DNA from: an uncultured Bifidobacterium sp.
GTDB taxonomy: Bacteria; Bacteroidota; Bacteroidia; NS11-12g; UBA955
NCBI GenBank assembly: GCA_964654675.1
Contig: CAZZKP010000003.1
Span: forward strand, 1-36,075
DNA: 36,075 nt
Direction of reading: 5' to 3'
The position numbers and the translations under genes were made by a program. The notes under the pieces are model-generated. The model did no database searches. It was not told the DNA's origin and worked only from the letters and a program-made list of their open reading frames with translations. Every line of letters begins with the position of its first letter. Position 1 is the first letter of the stretch. Of the stretch, positions 23,604 through 33,598 are shown one piece after another.

Positions 23604-25832
23604 TCAGTGAATATAGATGAATTTCCCCATCGCCGTTTCAGAGCCGTCGGAATTGATCGCAAAAACAAACAAAACACCGGAATTTGGTTTGCTGCCATCC
23701 AAGCGCAATCCATTCCAAGTGGCTTTTCCCCCGTTTGCTTTGGTTTGATAGATGAGTTTTCCGGTTGCATCAGCAATTTTGACTTCTGCATTGCTTGTGA
23801 GACCTTCGATGGTGATGATGCCATCATATTTTGCGGAGACGGGGTTGGGGTATATTTTGATTTTATCGAAACTTTCCGCGGCTTCACTGGCGTCACTTCT
23901 ATAACTGATGATGCCTTTGTCCGTTCCAGCAAAAATTTCACCCGTGGAATTGACCTGGCCAACGCAAATTACGCGATCGGAAAGAAGCGGACTGTTGTCT
24001 TTATTGAAGTGCCTGAGTACACGTTGACCGTATTCATCCACCAAAAACAATCCGTTGTTCGTGGCCATCCATTTCCGGTTACCACCATCAACGCAAATAT
24101 CATTGATCGTTTCCTCGCCCATAAGGTAACCCACAGATCCGTCTTGATCCACAATATACCTGTCCAATTTGGGGTTGGTAAACAAGTTGTTTCCTCCCGC
24201 ATAAATGTTCAATCCTTGGTTGGTTCCAATCCAAACATATCCCAAAGCGTCGGCTTTGATGGAAAGTACTTCATTTGTAAGCAGGCCATTTTTTGTTGTA
24301 ATTGTTACCAATTTGTCGTCAAAAGCGGCATCCATGTTTTTGCCTTCATCGAACACCAACACACCTCCTGTCTGCAAAATCATCCATTTTCTTCCCTGGT
24401 TGTCGATGGTAATATCACGCACTTCCGATGTACCGATGTCGAATGTTTTCCATTGCCCCGATTTGGTGTAGCATAGGAGTGGTAGGTCAGAACCAAAAGA
24501 CCCAATCCAAAGATTGCCTTTGTTGTCCTCAGCCATGCCTGAAATTTTTATCAAATTGAGCGGTGATTGGCGTTTTAGGGGGCTATTCGCATCATCGAAT
24601 CGATTGATGATTGTGTTATTTTGAATGACTAGGATTCCATTGGAATGTGTGGCTGCCAAATACCAATCTTTGGCTTTATAATACTGTACGAAAGTGAAAT
24701 CGTACATATTGGTATTGAAGGGAGACCACAGATTGTTTATCCAACCGGTTGGCGTATAGATGTAAAAGCCTGCGTTGTTAAAGGTATTTCCAAAAGTACT
24801 ACTAACGCCACCACCTGATCCCAAAATCTGGGGTGCATTTTGGGTCATCCTAAAAATAGAGGGGTAGGCTGGTCCATCGGGCATGTACGAAATTTCGCCG
24901 TTCGGGTCTTTTTTGATGATACCTGGCCCAATACCTGTGCAGAACCAGAAAACACCGTCGGTATATTGGGTGGCCCCTGCAATGAGGTTTACCGATTCCG
25001 AGGTGCTCACACCATTTTTTATTGATCGAATTTCGCTTTGTCTGGCAATGTGTGTTCCTTTGTCATTGGACCAGATTCGAGCTACAAAGCGTTTTTCGGC
25101 CAAATAAGCAATGGTTTTCCCTTTCTCAAGAAGGTAAACAATGCTGTCCATTTCGAAAAGCAATTTGCCATCAAATTCACACAGATGCTGCGCGGATCTT
25201 CCTTGATACGACCAATGCCACTGCAAATAATCGTTTAGATTTACGGATTTTGACCATTTGGCGCACCGAACTCCTTTGTCAGTTCCCACAAAAATCGAAT
25301 CTCCTACGATGGCTGTAGAAAGAACTGGAATTGCAGTTCCATTGGGCCCAATATTGCTGTAACTATCGTTAATTTCATGTGAGATTAGGTCTACGGTGAG
25401 CAACCCAAAATACGTTGAAATTAGCGCTTGATTCCCCTCGATACAGATGTGCAAAATGCGTTTGTCTCCTTGTAATAACTTAGAATAAAAGCCTGGAACG
25501 TTGATTACTTGTCTGTCGTTGATGAGCAAATCAATGTTTCCGTCGTTGTATCCAATGACCAGGGCATCTTGACTTTTGCTATAGGTCAGTGCTGTAACTT
25601 CAACCCCATTAAATCCCTCGTCTTTACCCAATTTCTCCATGTCGCCGTAGTTCATCATGACCCGGAAAAATCCTTGGTCTGAAGCGGCATAAACGTAGCG
25701 CTGCGTGGATTCACAAATTTTTACATCTTTATAGCTGAGATGTGTTCGCCATTTGCCTGTTTGAATTAACTGACCTTGAATGGCTCCAATAATTCCCAAA
25801 AACAGCAAGGCGAAACTTAGAATTTTTCTCAT
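23604..25832 (-). CDS. PorZ-like T9SS protein: repeated beta-propeller region plus T9SS C-terminal sorting domain
   Basis: Signal peptide MRKILSFALLFLGIIGAIQGQ. The body has repeated two-component-regulator-propeller-like blades (…LWIGSFG…, …VWIGTNQGLNIY…, …KWMATNNGLFLV…, …IFAGTDKGIISY…). The C-terminal IKIYPNPVSAKYDGIITIEGL...GVLFVFAINSDG...GKFIYIH is a T9SS CTD. The size (742 aa) and architecture resemble PorZ, and it lies directly downstream of sprA. The PorZ assignment is an inference. Confidence 0.55.
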   Translation of the reverse strand: MRKILSFALLFLGIIGAIQGQLIQTGKWRTHLSYKDVKICESTQRYVYAASDQGFFRVMMNYGDMEKLGKDEGFNGVEVTALTYSKSQDALVIGYNDGNIDLLINDRQVINVPGFYSKLLQGDKRILHICIEGNQALISTYFGLLTVDLISHEINDSYSNIGPNGTAIPVLSTAIVGDSIFVGTDKGVRCAKWSKSVNLNDYLQWHWSYQGRSAQHLCEFDGKLLFEMDSIVYLLEKGKTIAYLAEKRFVARIWSNDKGTHIARQSEIRSIKNGVSTSESVNLIAGATQYTDGVFWFCTGIGPGIIKKDPNGEISYMPDGPAYPSIFRMTQNAPQILGSGGGVSSTFGNTFNNAGFYIYTPTGWINNLWSPFNTNMYDFTFVQYYKAKDWYLAATHSNGILVIQNNTIINRFDDANSPLKRQSPLNLIKISGMAEDNKGNLWIGSFGSDLPLLCYTKSGQWKTFDIGTSEVRDITIDNQGRKWMILQTGGVLVFDEGKNMDAAFDDKLVTITTKNGLLTNEVLSIKADALGYVWIGTNQGLNIYAGGNNLFTNPKLDRYIVDQDGSVGYLMGEETINDICVDGGNRKWMATNNGLFLVDEYGQRVLRHFNKDNSPLLSDRVICVGQVNSTGEIFAGTDKGIISYRSDASEAAESFDKIKIYPNPVSAKYDGIITIEGLTSNAEVKIADATGKLIYQTKANGGKATWNGLRLDGSKPNSGVLFVFAINSDGSETAMGKFIYIH

Positions 25833-25849
25833 TGGGGTGGAGATTGGCG

Positions 25850-28800
25850 TTAGTTAAATGTATAACGAGCTTCTAGACCAAAATCGGTGAGTGCTGTGTA
25901 GAATTGGTTCGCAACCTTTGGGTCCATGACAACGCGATTGTATTTCAAAGCGAGGTTGATTTTTTGGTTGACTTGGTAGGTGATGCTTGGGCTGATTCTG
26001 ATGTTTTTCATCCCCGCGGTATATTTGTTAATATTCAAATCTACTTTTCGAATCACAGTAACATTGTCTGTGACAGAAACGGTTAAATCAAAGCGGAAAT
26101 CGTTTGGTATGTAGAGCCATCTTCCATTTCTTCTGAACGGCAAAGTAAGTCCCGTTGTACGATAACCTGCATTCAATTGAAATTCATTGCTTCGCATTTC
26201 GGTGAGATTGAAGCTGGCAGCAAAGAGTTTCAAGGTTCTAGATCGTTTGTATTCAGCACCTACGGTCCAATTGTTTTTGGTTGTTAGATTAACACCAAGC
26301 AAGGGGTAAAAACCTTCGGTGATGGTGGCGTCTGCAATTTGATATTTGGGTGTGAGGTCTTTTCCAATCACGGCCACTTCATCAGCTCGATATTTCAAAT
26401 TCTGCGTGTAATTGCCGATGCTATATCTGCCTGTGTAAGCGTGTTTGATGTTAATGTTACTAAAGAGATTCCCTAGGAATTTGATTTTTGTTAAGCCGTT
26501 GTAATTTACATTCCAGTTGGGTAGCGGAATGGAAGGGAAACCACTGACGTCTGAGTATCCAGGGTCCTTTCCCGCATAGGAGGCATAGAAGGCGCCTACC
26601 AAAACATCCTGAGAGTTTTTGCTGTATCCAATGGGGAATTTTGTTACGGTGTCGATTCCATTAAAGCCGAGTCTCTGGCTCGACAGTTTTGATGCGGTGG
26701 TATAGCGATTGTTCAGGAATTGGTCAAAAACGGGATTGGTGTGGTTGTCTGTTCCAATGGTGACGTCTTTCACGAAATGGGTGTTGAAAAACCAACCGGT
26801 TACGTTAAAATTCCCGGTTTGTGTTAATCCCTGATCCATCCATGCAAATCCATCGTATTTGAAGACAGCCTGCGTCCCAACCGTCATACTACGCGAGAAA
26901 TCCAATCGAATCCTAAAATTCTTGATGGGTTCTATGGTGATGTTTCCGGATAGATTTTGGTTTTTGTTGTTTCTGTAAAAGTTGGACTGGCGTGGGTCTG
27001 TTTTCAATGCCCCTAGGCTAGCGAGTTTGTATCGAAGATTCGGATCTTGCAATCCCAACACAAATTTTAATCCAGGTTGCATATGGTTGAAATTGTTGCC
27101 AAAATAGTCGGGTTTGTAGGCAAAGCCTGGCATTTCCGTATTTTCTTTCAATTGATAACTGAAGCTGGCATTTTTTAACATACTCACGAGGTTTCCGACA
27201 AACACTTTCGCCGGATTGGCTTTTTTCGTTGTTGGAGCACCTTTCTGAAGGGCATTCTCGAAAACTGGGGCATCATCACCTTCTTTTTTCACCGCGGTTT
27301 TCAGCTGCTTGGGTTTTTCTAAGTCTCGTAACCAAGGAATTTGTTGATATAACTGTGTGAAATTCATTTGACCTGCAAAGTTGATGTCTTGGCCATTTTG
27401 AATTCTATTCCCTAAGCTAGCAAATGCAGGCGGTGCCTGATTCCATTCGTAACTTCCTGTATAGGTTACGGTGCTGCTGATCCACCGCGTCCACTTCATC
27501 TTGCTGAAGGGGAGTGTGTAATTGGCATTTACGTTTTGATAAAATTTTGTCGTTCTACCCAAGGACAAAAACTCCTTTTTCACCGAATCTAACTTGATCT
27601 CGTTGTCCAATCTTCCGTAGGGTTCTTGGATTCGAGATGAAACGTTCGCGGTATAGTTGAATTTTAAATTTTCTGTGAGCGGAATGTTCGTGTTGAAGTT
27701 TCTTAAAATGGTGAAATTTTTGTCGAACAATCGCGGGTTGACCTGAATGAATTTGTTGTTATTTCGAGACTGTGATTCGCTGTATAAGCGATTCGCTTGA
27801 ATCTGCGTACTAAAACTCGAAGGGATAAAGTTAAAGTTGAAGTCCTTAATGAGATTCAAATTTTTTGATTTTATCTTTCTAAAAGGTTTGATGTATTTTG
27901 TGCTTTTAGAATAGGAATAACCAATTGTGGCTTGGGTTGTTTTCAAGAAATATTCTTCAATCTGCTGGTTCCTTCGAGAATTGTTTTGGTAACTGTATCC
28001 GAGGACGAAATTCGAAGGCGACCAGGGTTTCGGGGCTTTGCCCATCGACGAAGCAACCCTCACGTTGTTGAAATTTAGACTGTAAAGCGAATTGTATTCT
28101 TCTGCCGCCTTTTTTACTGCTGCTCTCGTTGCTGCATCCGCAAGGCCCGCCAGATAGTTTTGCATTTCTAAATCTGGGTTTAATGGGAAATATTTGGGTC
28201 TTACGAAACTCTCAGAATACCCAATGTACATGGGAATACTTACGCCTGATTTTTTCGGGAAGAATTTTCCCAATTCTAAGTTTGAGGCAATGTCGTAGTT
28301 TAGGTTTGTACTCAAACTCCGGTCGTTGAGTTTTTTATCGACATCTCCAAATCCAATGGTTCTGACTGTTCCACTCAGGTTCAGCTGACCAAAATCGGCC
28401 AATTGCATTTGTACGTTTGCCAACGAGGCCCAACCCCCTTTGTTCGCAATTTCTTTCACACGCAATTCATTAAACCAAGCCTCAAAACACTTGGGGCTTG
28501 TGGAATTATTTTTCAATCCAACCATCATGACACGCATGTTGCTCACATCGGGAAGTCCCATAACGGTGATTTTGCCTTTGCCCATATACCGAATAAACGG
28601 TGCGGTCATTGGCCATGCGGCATTCTGTCGAACTATCTTTAAATGGTACAATGAATCAAATGGAATGTCAATAAAATTCTCATCGGGCCAAACCAATTTG
28701 TCCGCGTTGGCAGAATTCATATTGACATAACCACGGGTTAATTTTAAAGGGATTTCGTATTCGTAATAGTTAGATGTTAAATCCGTTCCGAATCGAATGA

Positions 28801-31800
28801 AAGCCGATACTTCGCCGTCGGCCACGGGATTGTTTAAGCTCTCTTCTGCGTGAACAAACATCTGCATGTGCTTGTAGTTTCTCGCATCAAACGTGGTTGT
28901 TTTGAATGCAGCTCGTGAGTCGCCCGCTTTCAAGTCACAGACTTTTAACGACAAAGATTGTTCGTTTTCTAGCACTGTTCCCAAACTGGCCATGTTTTGT
29001 ACCCTTACAATCCCCGGGGGTGAAACATAAGCAATGGGTAAGCGTTTGCTGTTTTCTTCGATATTTACTGTGCTGACAACGAATTTTGTTCCGTCGTTTG
29101 GATCTTGAGGTACAATTACGCCCGGAGTTTTCAATGAATTCGTGTACCTGCGCCAATCTGCTTTTACGATGTTGATGTAGCCCAATCTTAAAATTGCTGA
29201 GTCATTGAAGCCGGTCATAACCATCCGCATAAAACGAATGCTCTTGAAGTCACTAATATTTCCAACCGCTTTTTCGAATTCACGGATGGGTATTTTTAAC
29301 TGATACCAGGTAATATCGCGAGATTTTCCGTTGCGCAATTTGACATTGTTCTTTACGATGTCGGCAATGTAGTTTCTGCCCATTTGCATGTCAGCTGCAT
29401 TGATTTTGATGCGATATTGGAAGTAGTCTTCGCTTTGGTTCAGTGTGAAATCGCGGTTTACATCTTCATCACTCGGAATCGGTGTCGTTGATTTGGGCAT
29501 GCCAGCATATTTGCCGGTGTATTGCTCGTTGTTTGAGTTGCCTTGAGGCCCTTGGATTCTTGTGTATCGACCGAGAATGTCCGCATCAATGCCATCAAAA
29601 AATCCGTCCAAATAGTGACGATAATTGTCGTTGCTAGGATCTTCATAAGCATTTTGGTAGTATTTTGATGACGTACCGTAATTGGTTGCAATGCGTTTTA
29701 AAAATGTGGTGTCAAAATGCAATTTTTCATTTCCATCATCCATTCCATCGAGACCCACGTCTTGCGCTTTGAGTGTACCGTTGTTGTTGTCGAATGCAAA
29801 GTTGATTTGCGGTCCCTCAGGCACAAATGCATAATTGGTTGTATCTATTGCGTTGCTGGCGCTCGCCGAAGACGGTAGTCCATTTTCAAAAGATTTTCGA
29901 CGGTCTGGCAAGATGTCTTCACTCACATTTCCCAATTGTAACAACAATTCTCCTTTGAGGTTGGGGTTGTTGGACATCGGGTCTAACATCCAAATTTCTA
30001 TGTAATCAATATTCGCCGCCTCGAAATCATTTTGGTCGATTTTTCTCGTTATACCCGCCCAACTCAATTCTGGATTGATCAATTCGCCATTTGGATCTAC
30101 TTCTTTTGGGTTGCTGTTGAAATTGTATAATCCCCGCATTTTGGGACGGAAAAACAAGTCCAAGGTTGGCAATATTGTGGGTGTTCCTTGTGGGAAGTTC
30201 CGTTGGGGAAATAATTCACGCTGGTCTACTTGTCGTTGAAAAGGGTCGCTTAAAATGGCGTCAACCCGCTTCTTGATGTTGTCAGGCATGTCCGCATCGC
30301 GGTAAAAGAGGTTGTCGATTGTATAAAAACTCAATGCCCCGTGGTGGTTCATCCAATTGAGTCGATCGGAATTTTTTGTGTCGGGGAAAATATCTTCTTG
30401 CTTTTGCGGAACAGCAGCGATGTACCAGTTGCTTACAGTTTTTACATCGTTGGTTAATTCCGCGGATTCAAAGTCCTCCAAATTAGAAACGCCACGTTGG
30501 TTGCCTTGTGATTTGTGGTTGTGGGGATATATTTTGGCGATTTCGGCGTATGCGGTAATGTTTGATACTTCTTTTGTTTCCAAAAAGGGCAGTTGATCGA
30601 TAACTTTTGTGATAAATCTCGATTTTGAGCTGAAAGCCATATCTGCCCCAATGATGGTGTTTAACAATGGTTCTTCATTGAAGTTTGTTTTGGTGGTTAG
30701 GGGCCTTTCGTACATGTGAAGTAGCGTTCCGCCGACCAGCAATTTTTTATTGAATTTGTGTTCAACACGACCACCAACCAGGGTTTTTTGTTGAATATTG
30801 AAAAAGCTCTGTCCATTCGCACTGGCTCGGATTTCGGCTCCCCCTTGCAATAGTCCTTGATTGATAATTCGAACTCTTCCCAAGGCATAATCCACTTCAT
30901 AATCCATGCCCTCGGTAAGTGGTCTGCCATTCGCAGTCACGCGCACGGATCCACGTTGCAAGTTTGTTGTACCAAGGAATAATTCCGCGCCGTTGCTTGA
31001 TTTATAACTTCCCTGCAAAAAGAACTTGTTGTGTTTGACGTCCTGCTGTGCTAGCCATTTGGTGCTGTCATACAGCGCGTCATAACAATAATATTCACCG
31101 AGGTCGTTTCTTCCATTGAACTGTTCCCTCAAATAATCACCAAAGGGTTCCGTAACCGGGAAAATGATTCTTGCGTATTGGGTGTTTACCGTCAAACCTT
31201 CAATGGCATCAAAAATTCCGTCGGGCTTGGCTTCTTGTTGGCGATTGAGTTTGTCTAAGCCCAAAACGCGAATCAATGGATTTCCATTGGCCAAATTGGG
31301 ACAGTTGGCTTTACCAATGGGCAAGTAATTGTAATCTCCTCCCGTGGTGTCGTCGGCATAAATCACATTGAGTTTGAAGTCTTCCAAGCTTAAACTGTAG
31401 GTGTTTAACGCATAAATGTTCTTCATCATCAGTCGCCACATGGGCAATTTCGTTCTGATGGTGTTGCCCTTTAACATTTTTAGGAACATCAATTTTTGAT
31501 TGCCCGGAGCAACGTCTCTGGAGAATTCACCCACTTGGTAGGTTTTGCCTTCGTAAGTATATTCAAAGGCCACCGCCAAAATCTCGTCGTTATTGAGCGG
31601 CTGATTGAGTGAAATGTATCCCAACTGTGGGTTGAGTGAAAATTCTTTGTCGGTGAGCTGACGTGCATAGTTGAGTATGTCGAAATCTATTGTTTGCTCA
31701 AAATAGGGAAGAGCGGAATAGATTTTATCAATGGCTTGCCCTGTAAAACGTGTGTTGGTGTCTGCCGTAATGGTTGCATATAGATTGTTGGCTGCATTGT

Positions 31801-32926
31801 CCGATGCTGGGTCGGCAGAGCCCCCAAGTCCGGGTCTAAACGGTTTTGCTTCTCCTAAATCTTGAAAGGCCAGGATGTCACGTGGAGTTTCTACGTTCGC
31901 ATTTTTGTTGGTTACCCAAACCTCCACTCGGTTTACAACCACGCCGCTGGCGATGATGGGTAAGTTCTCTAGGGATTTGTTGTAATTTTCTCTAAAAAAC
32001 TGCGATAGGAAGTAGTGTTTGTTTTGGTCGTAATTGTCGGCAGTGATTTTGAACTCATTCATCTGAGCTCCCCCCTTGAGCACGGTCTCTGTGCTTTGGC
32101 CCTTATTTTGGCTAAAGACGGTTTTAACCGTGGTTTTTCCAAACTGCATCGTGTTGGAAAAACCGAATAGGTTATTTGCCGGTTTGATTAGCTGGGTGGG
32201 TAGGTTGAGGTTGACATTTCCCACTTGCACATCCTTAAGGATTCCATCGGGTTTGCCCTTCCATCCCAAATTTGTTTGGTTGTCGAATTCAAAAGCCGCT
32301 TCTGTATCGTAGTTAATTCCCAATTTTACAAATTCACCCACACTGCCGTTGGCACTGATTTGCATTTGCTGGTCAAAAACGGGAACGAAATATTTTTGCT
32401 GACGTTTGGAGAAGTTTGGGTTCCGATTTACGTTCATACTTCCCCCCAATTTTACCATCGCCGAGCCATTCAATTGAAAATCAACCCCGCCTTCCCCAAA
32501 AATCTTCGAAACGGTTGGGTTGTTTAATTCGGCTTTGATTAAATCTGTAACACTTTTGTTGTTGCCTCCAAGGGAATAGGCACTCTGGGTCTTTCCACGG
32601 AAATACTTTTCGTTTTCGATTTTCGATTGTTTTTGGAAGTATTCTGCTACCGATAGGGTTTCGCCCGTTGGGTAACTGAGTGACCCCAAATTTCTAAATC
32701 CTTCATAACGATTTGCTTTCGCATTGTATCGCCATTCCGTTTTTACGGGATTTTCCAAATCTACATGGGAGCCGTTGTTGCCATCTTTTTGCAGGCGATA
32801 CCTAAGGCTGTTTGTGTCTAATTGGCTATATAAGGGATTTTGAAATATCGCCAACAAAATCAACAGCTTCGCACCGAATGTTACACGCAGAATGCGTGCG
32901 GTTATGGATTGACCATGAAATCTCAT
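25850..32926 (-). CDS. sprA: T9SS outer-membrane translocon SprA (Sov)
   Basis: 2358 aa, the characteristic giant size. N-terminal signal-like segment. Beta-rich composition with many aromatic/Gly/Asn residues throughout. Terminal aromatic-rich strand (…LEARYTFN). Sits in gliding/T9SS gene context. Confidence 0.92.
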   Translation of the reverse strand: MRFHGQSITARILRVTFGAKLLILLAIFQNPLYSQLDTNSLRYRLQKDGNNGSHVDLENPVKTEWRYNAKANRYEGFRNLGSLSYPTGETLSVAEYFQKQSKIENEKYFRGKTQSAYSLGGNNKSVTDLIKAELNNPTVSKIFGEGGVDFQLNGSAMVKLGGSMNVNRNPNFSKRQQKYFVPVFDQQMQISANGSVGEFVKLGINYDTEAAFEFDNQTNLGWKGKPDGILKDVQVGNVNLNLPTQLIKPANNLFGFSNTMQFGKTTVKTVFSQNKGQSTETVLKGGAQMNEFKITADNYDQNKHYFLSQFFRENYNKSLENLPIIASGVVVNRVEVWVTNKNANVETPRDILAFQDLGEAKPFRPGLGGSADPASDNAANNLYATITADTNTRFTGQAIDKIYSALPYFEQTIDFDILNYARQLTDKEFSLNPQLGYISLNQPLNNDEILAVAFEYTYEGKTYQVGEFSRDVAPGNQKLMFLKMLKGNTIRTKLPMWRLMMKNIYALNTYSLSLEDFKLNVIYADDTTGGDYNYLPIGKANCPNLANGNPLIRVLGLDKLNRQQEAKPDGIFDAIEGLTVNTQYARIIFPVTEPFGDYLREQFNGRNDLGEYYCYDALYDSTKWLAQQDVKHNKFFLQGSYKSSNGAELFLGTTNLQRGSVRVTANGRPLTEGMDYEVDYALGRVRIINQGLLQGGAEIRASANGQSFFNIQQKTLVGGRVEHKFNKKLLVGGTLLHMYERPLTTKTNFNEEPLLNTIIGADMAFSSKSRFITKVIDQLPFLETKEVSNITAYAEIAKIYPHNHKSQGNQRGVSNLEDFESAELTNDVKTVSNWYIAAVPQKQEDIFPDTKNSDRLNWMNHHGALSFYTIDNLFYRDADMPDNIKKRVDAILSDPFQRQVDQRELFPQRNFPQGTPTILPTLDLFFRPKMRGLYNFNSNPKEVDPNGELINPELSWAGITRKIDQNDFEAANIDYIEIWMLDPMSNNPNLKGELLLQLGNVSEDILPDRRKSFENGLPSSASASNAIDTTNYAFVPEGPQINFAFDNNNGTLKAQDVGLDGMDDGNEKLHFDTTFLKRIATNYGTSSKYYQNAYEDPSNDNYRHYLDGFFDGIDADILGRYTRIQGPQGNSNNEQYTGKYAGMPKSTTPIPSDEDVNRDFTLNQSEDYFQYRIKINAADMQMGRNYIADIVKNNVKLRNGKSRDITWYQLKIPIREFEKAVGNISDFKSIRFMRMVMTGFNDSAILRLGYINIVKADWRRYTNSLKTPGVIVPQDPNDGTKFVVSTVNIEENSKRLPIAYVSPPGIVRVQNMASLGTVLENEQSLSLKVCDLKAGDSRAAFKTTTFDARNYKHMQMFVHAEESLNNPVADGEVSAFIRFGTDLTSNYYEYEIPLKLTRGYVNMNSANADKLVWPDENFIDIPFDSLYHLKIVRQNAAWPMTAPFIRYMGKGKITVMGLPDVSNMRVMMVGLKNNSTSPKCFEAWFNELRVKEIANKGGWASLANVQMQLADFGQLNLSGTVRTIGFGDVDKKLNDRSLSTNLNYDIASNLELGKFFPKKSGVSIPMYIGYSESFVRPKYFPLNPDLEMQNYLAGLADAATRAAVKKAAEEYNSLYSLNFNNVRVASSMGKAPKPWSPSNFVLGYSYQNNSRRNQQIEEYFLKTTQATIGYSYSKSTKYIKPFRKIKSKNLNLIKDFNFNFIPSSFSTQIQANRLYSESQSRNNNKFIQVNPRLFDKNFTILRNFNTNIPLTENLKFNYTANVSSRIQEPYGRLDNEIKLDSVKKEFLSLGRTTKFYQNVNANYTLPFSKMKWTRWISSTVTYTGSYEWNQAPPAFASLGNRIQNGQDINFAGQMNFTQLYQQIPWLRDLEKPKQLKTAVKKEGDDAPVFENALQKGAPTTKKANPAKVFVGNLVSMLKNASFSYQLKENTEMPGFAYKPDYFGNNFNHMQPGLKFVLGLQDPNLRYKLASLGALKTDPRQSNFYRNNKNQNLSGNITIEPIKNFRIRLDFSRSMTVGTQAVFKYDGFAWMDQGLTQTGNFNVTGWFFNTHFVKDVTIGTDNHTNPVFDQFLNNRYTTASKLSSQRLGFNGIDTVTKFPIGYSKNSQDVLVGAFYASYAGKDPGYSDVSGFPSIPLPNWNVNYNGLTKIKFLGNLFSNINIKHAYTGRYSIGNYTQNLKYRADEVAVIGKDLTPKYQIADATITEGFYPLLGVNLTTKNNWTVGAEYKRSRTLKLFAASFNLTEMRSNEFQLNAGYRTTGLTLPFRRNGRWLYIPNDFRFDLTVSVTDNVTVIRKVDLNINKYTAGMKNIRISPSITYQVNQKINLALKYNRVVMDPKVANQFYTALTDFGLEARYTFN

Positions 32927-32995
32927 TCTGTTAAACTTCTAAACGTTGCGTAGCTGTGTTGCGAATAGGCGTTTCCTTTTTTGCGAACTTGCAAG

Positions 32996-33595
32996 TTACA
33001 ATATTTTCAGTGAATTTTTTATCAATTCTTCAATGGTTGCAGTGCCTCCCAAATCTTTGCTCACCTTCATTAGCGCTTTTTCTGCACTGGCTTTTACGTA
33101 ACCCAATGTTGTTAGGGCAGACAAGGCTTCGCTGAAGTTGTCGCTTACCCCCGAAACCATCCCCAATCCCATGGATTTTTTCCCCATCATTTTGTCGCGA
33201 AGCTCTAAAACGATTCGCTGGGCACTTTTTTCACCAATGCCTTTGATGCTTTTCAAAAGTCCAACATTTCCGTTCACTATGGCTGCTGCCAAATCGTCGG
33301 GTTCCAAACTGCTTAACATCAACATGGCTGTGTTGTTGCCAACGCCTGAAACGGATGTGAGCATACGAAACATATGTCTTTCATCGGGATCGGAAAATCC
33401 AAACAAATGCATTGAAACAGGGCTCTGATTTTCTACCTTAAACAACAAATCAACAAAAAGCCTCGCTGTTTTGTGTCCCTTTATTTTCTCGTAGGTGGTA
33501 AGACTAATCGCAGCGATGTATCCCAAACCTTGATTTGAAATAATTACATGGGTAGGATTGAGCGACTCTATGGATCCTTCTATGAAATCGTACAT
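32996..33595 (-). CDS. ruvA: Holliday junction branch migration complex subunit RuvA
   Basis: MYDFIEGSIESLNPTHVIISNQGLGYIAAISLTTY…, HhH motifs (LTSVSGVGNNTA, LKSIKGIGEKSAQRIVLEL), C-terminal domain III. 199 aa. Confidence 0.93.
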   Translation of the reverse strand: MYDFIEGSIESLNPTHVIISNQGLGYIAAISLTTYEKIKGHKTARLFVDLLFKVENQSPVSMHLFGFSDPDERHMFRMLTSVSGVGNNTAMLMLSSLEPDDLAAAIVNGNVGLLKSIKGIGEKSAQRIVLELRDKMMGKKSMGLGMVSGVSDNFSEALSALTTLGYVKASAEKALMKVSKDLGGTATIEELIKNSLKIL

Positions 33596-33598
33596 TTT

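Noticed and set aside
23577-24476. 299-aa ORF antisense to the PorZ-like gene and the M20 start
   Set aside because: It has no protein-like motifs and is fully shadowed by a repeat-rich propeller gene whose frame carries a signal peptide and a T9SS CTD.
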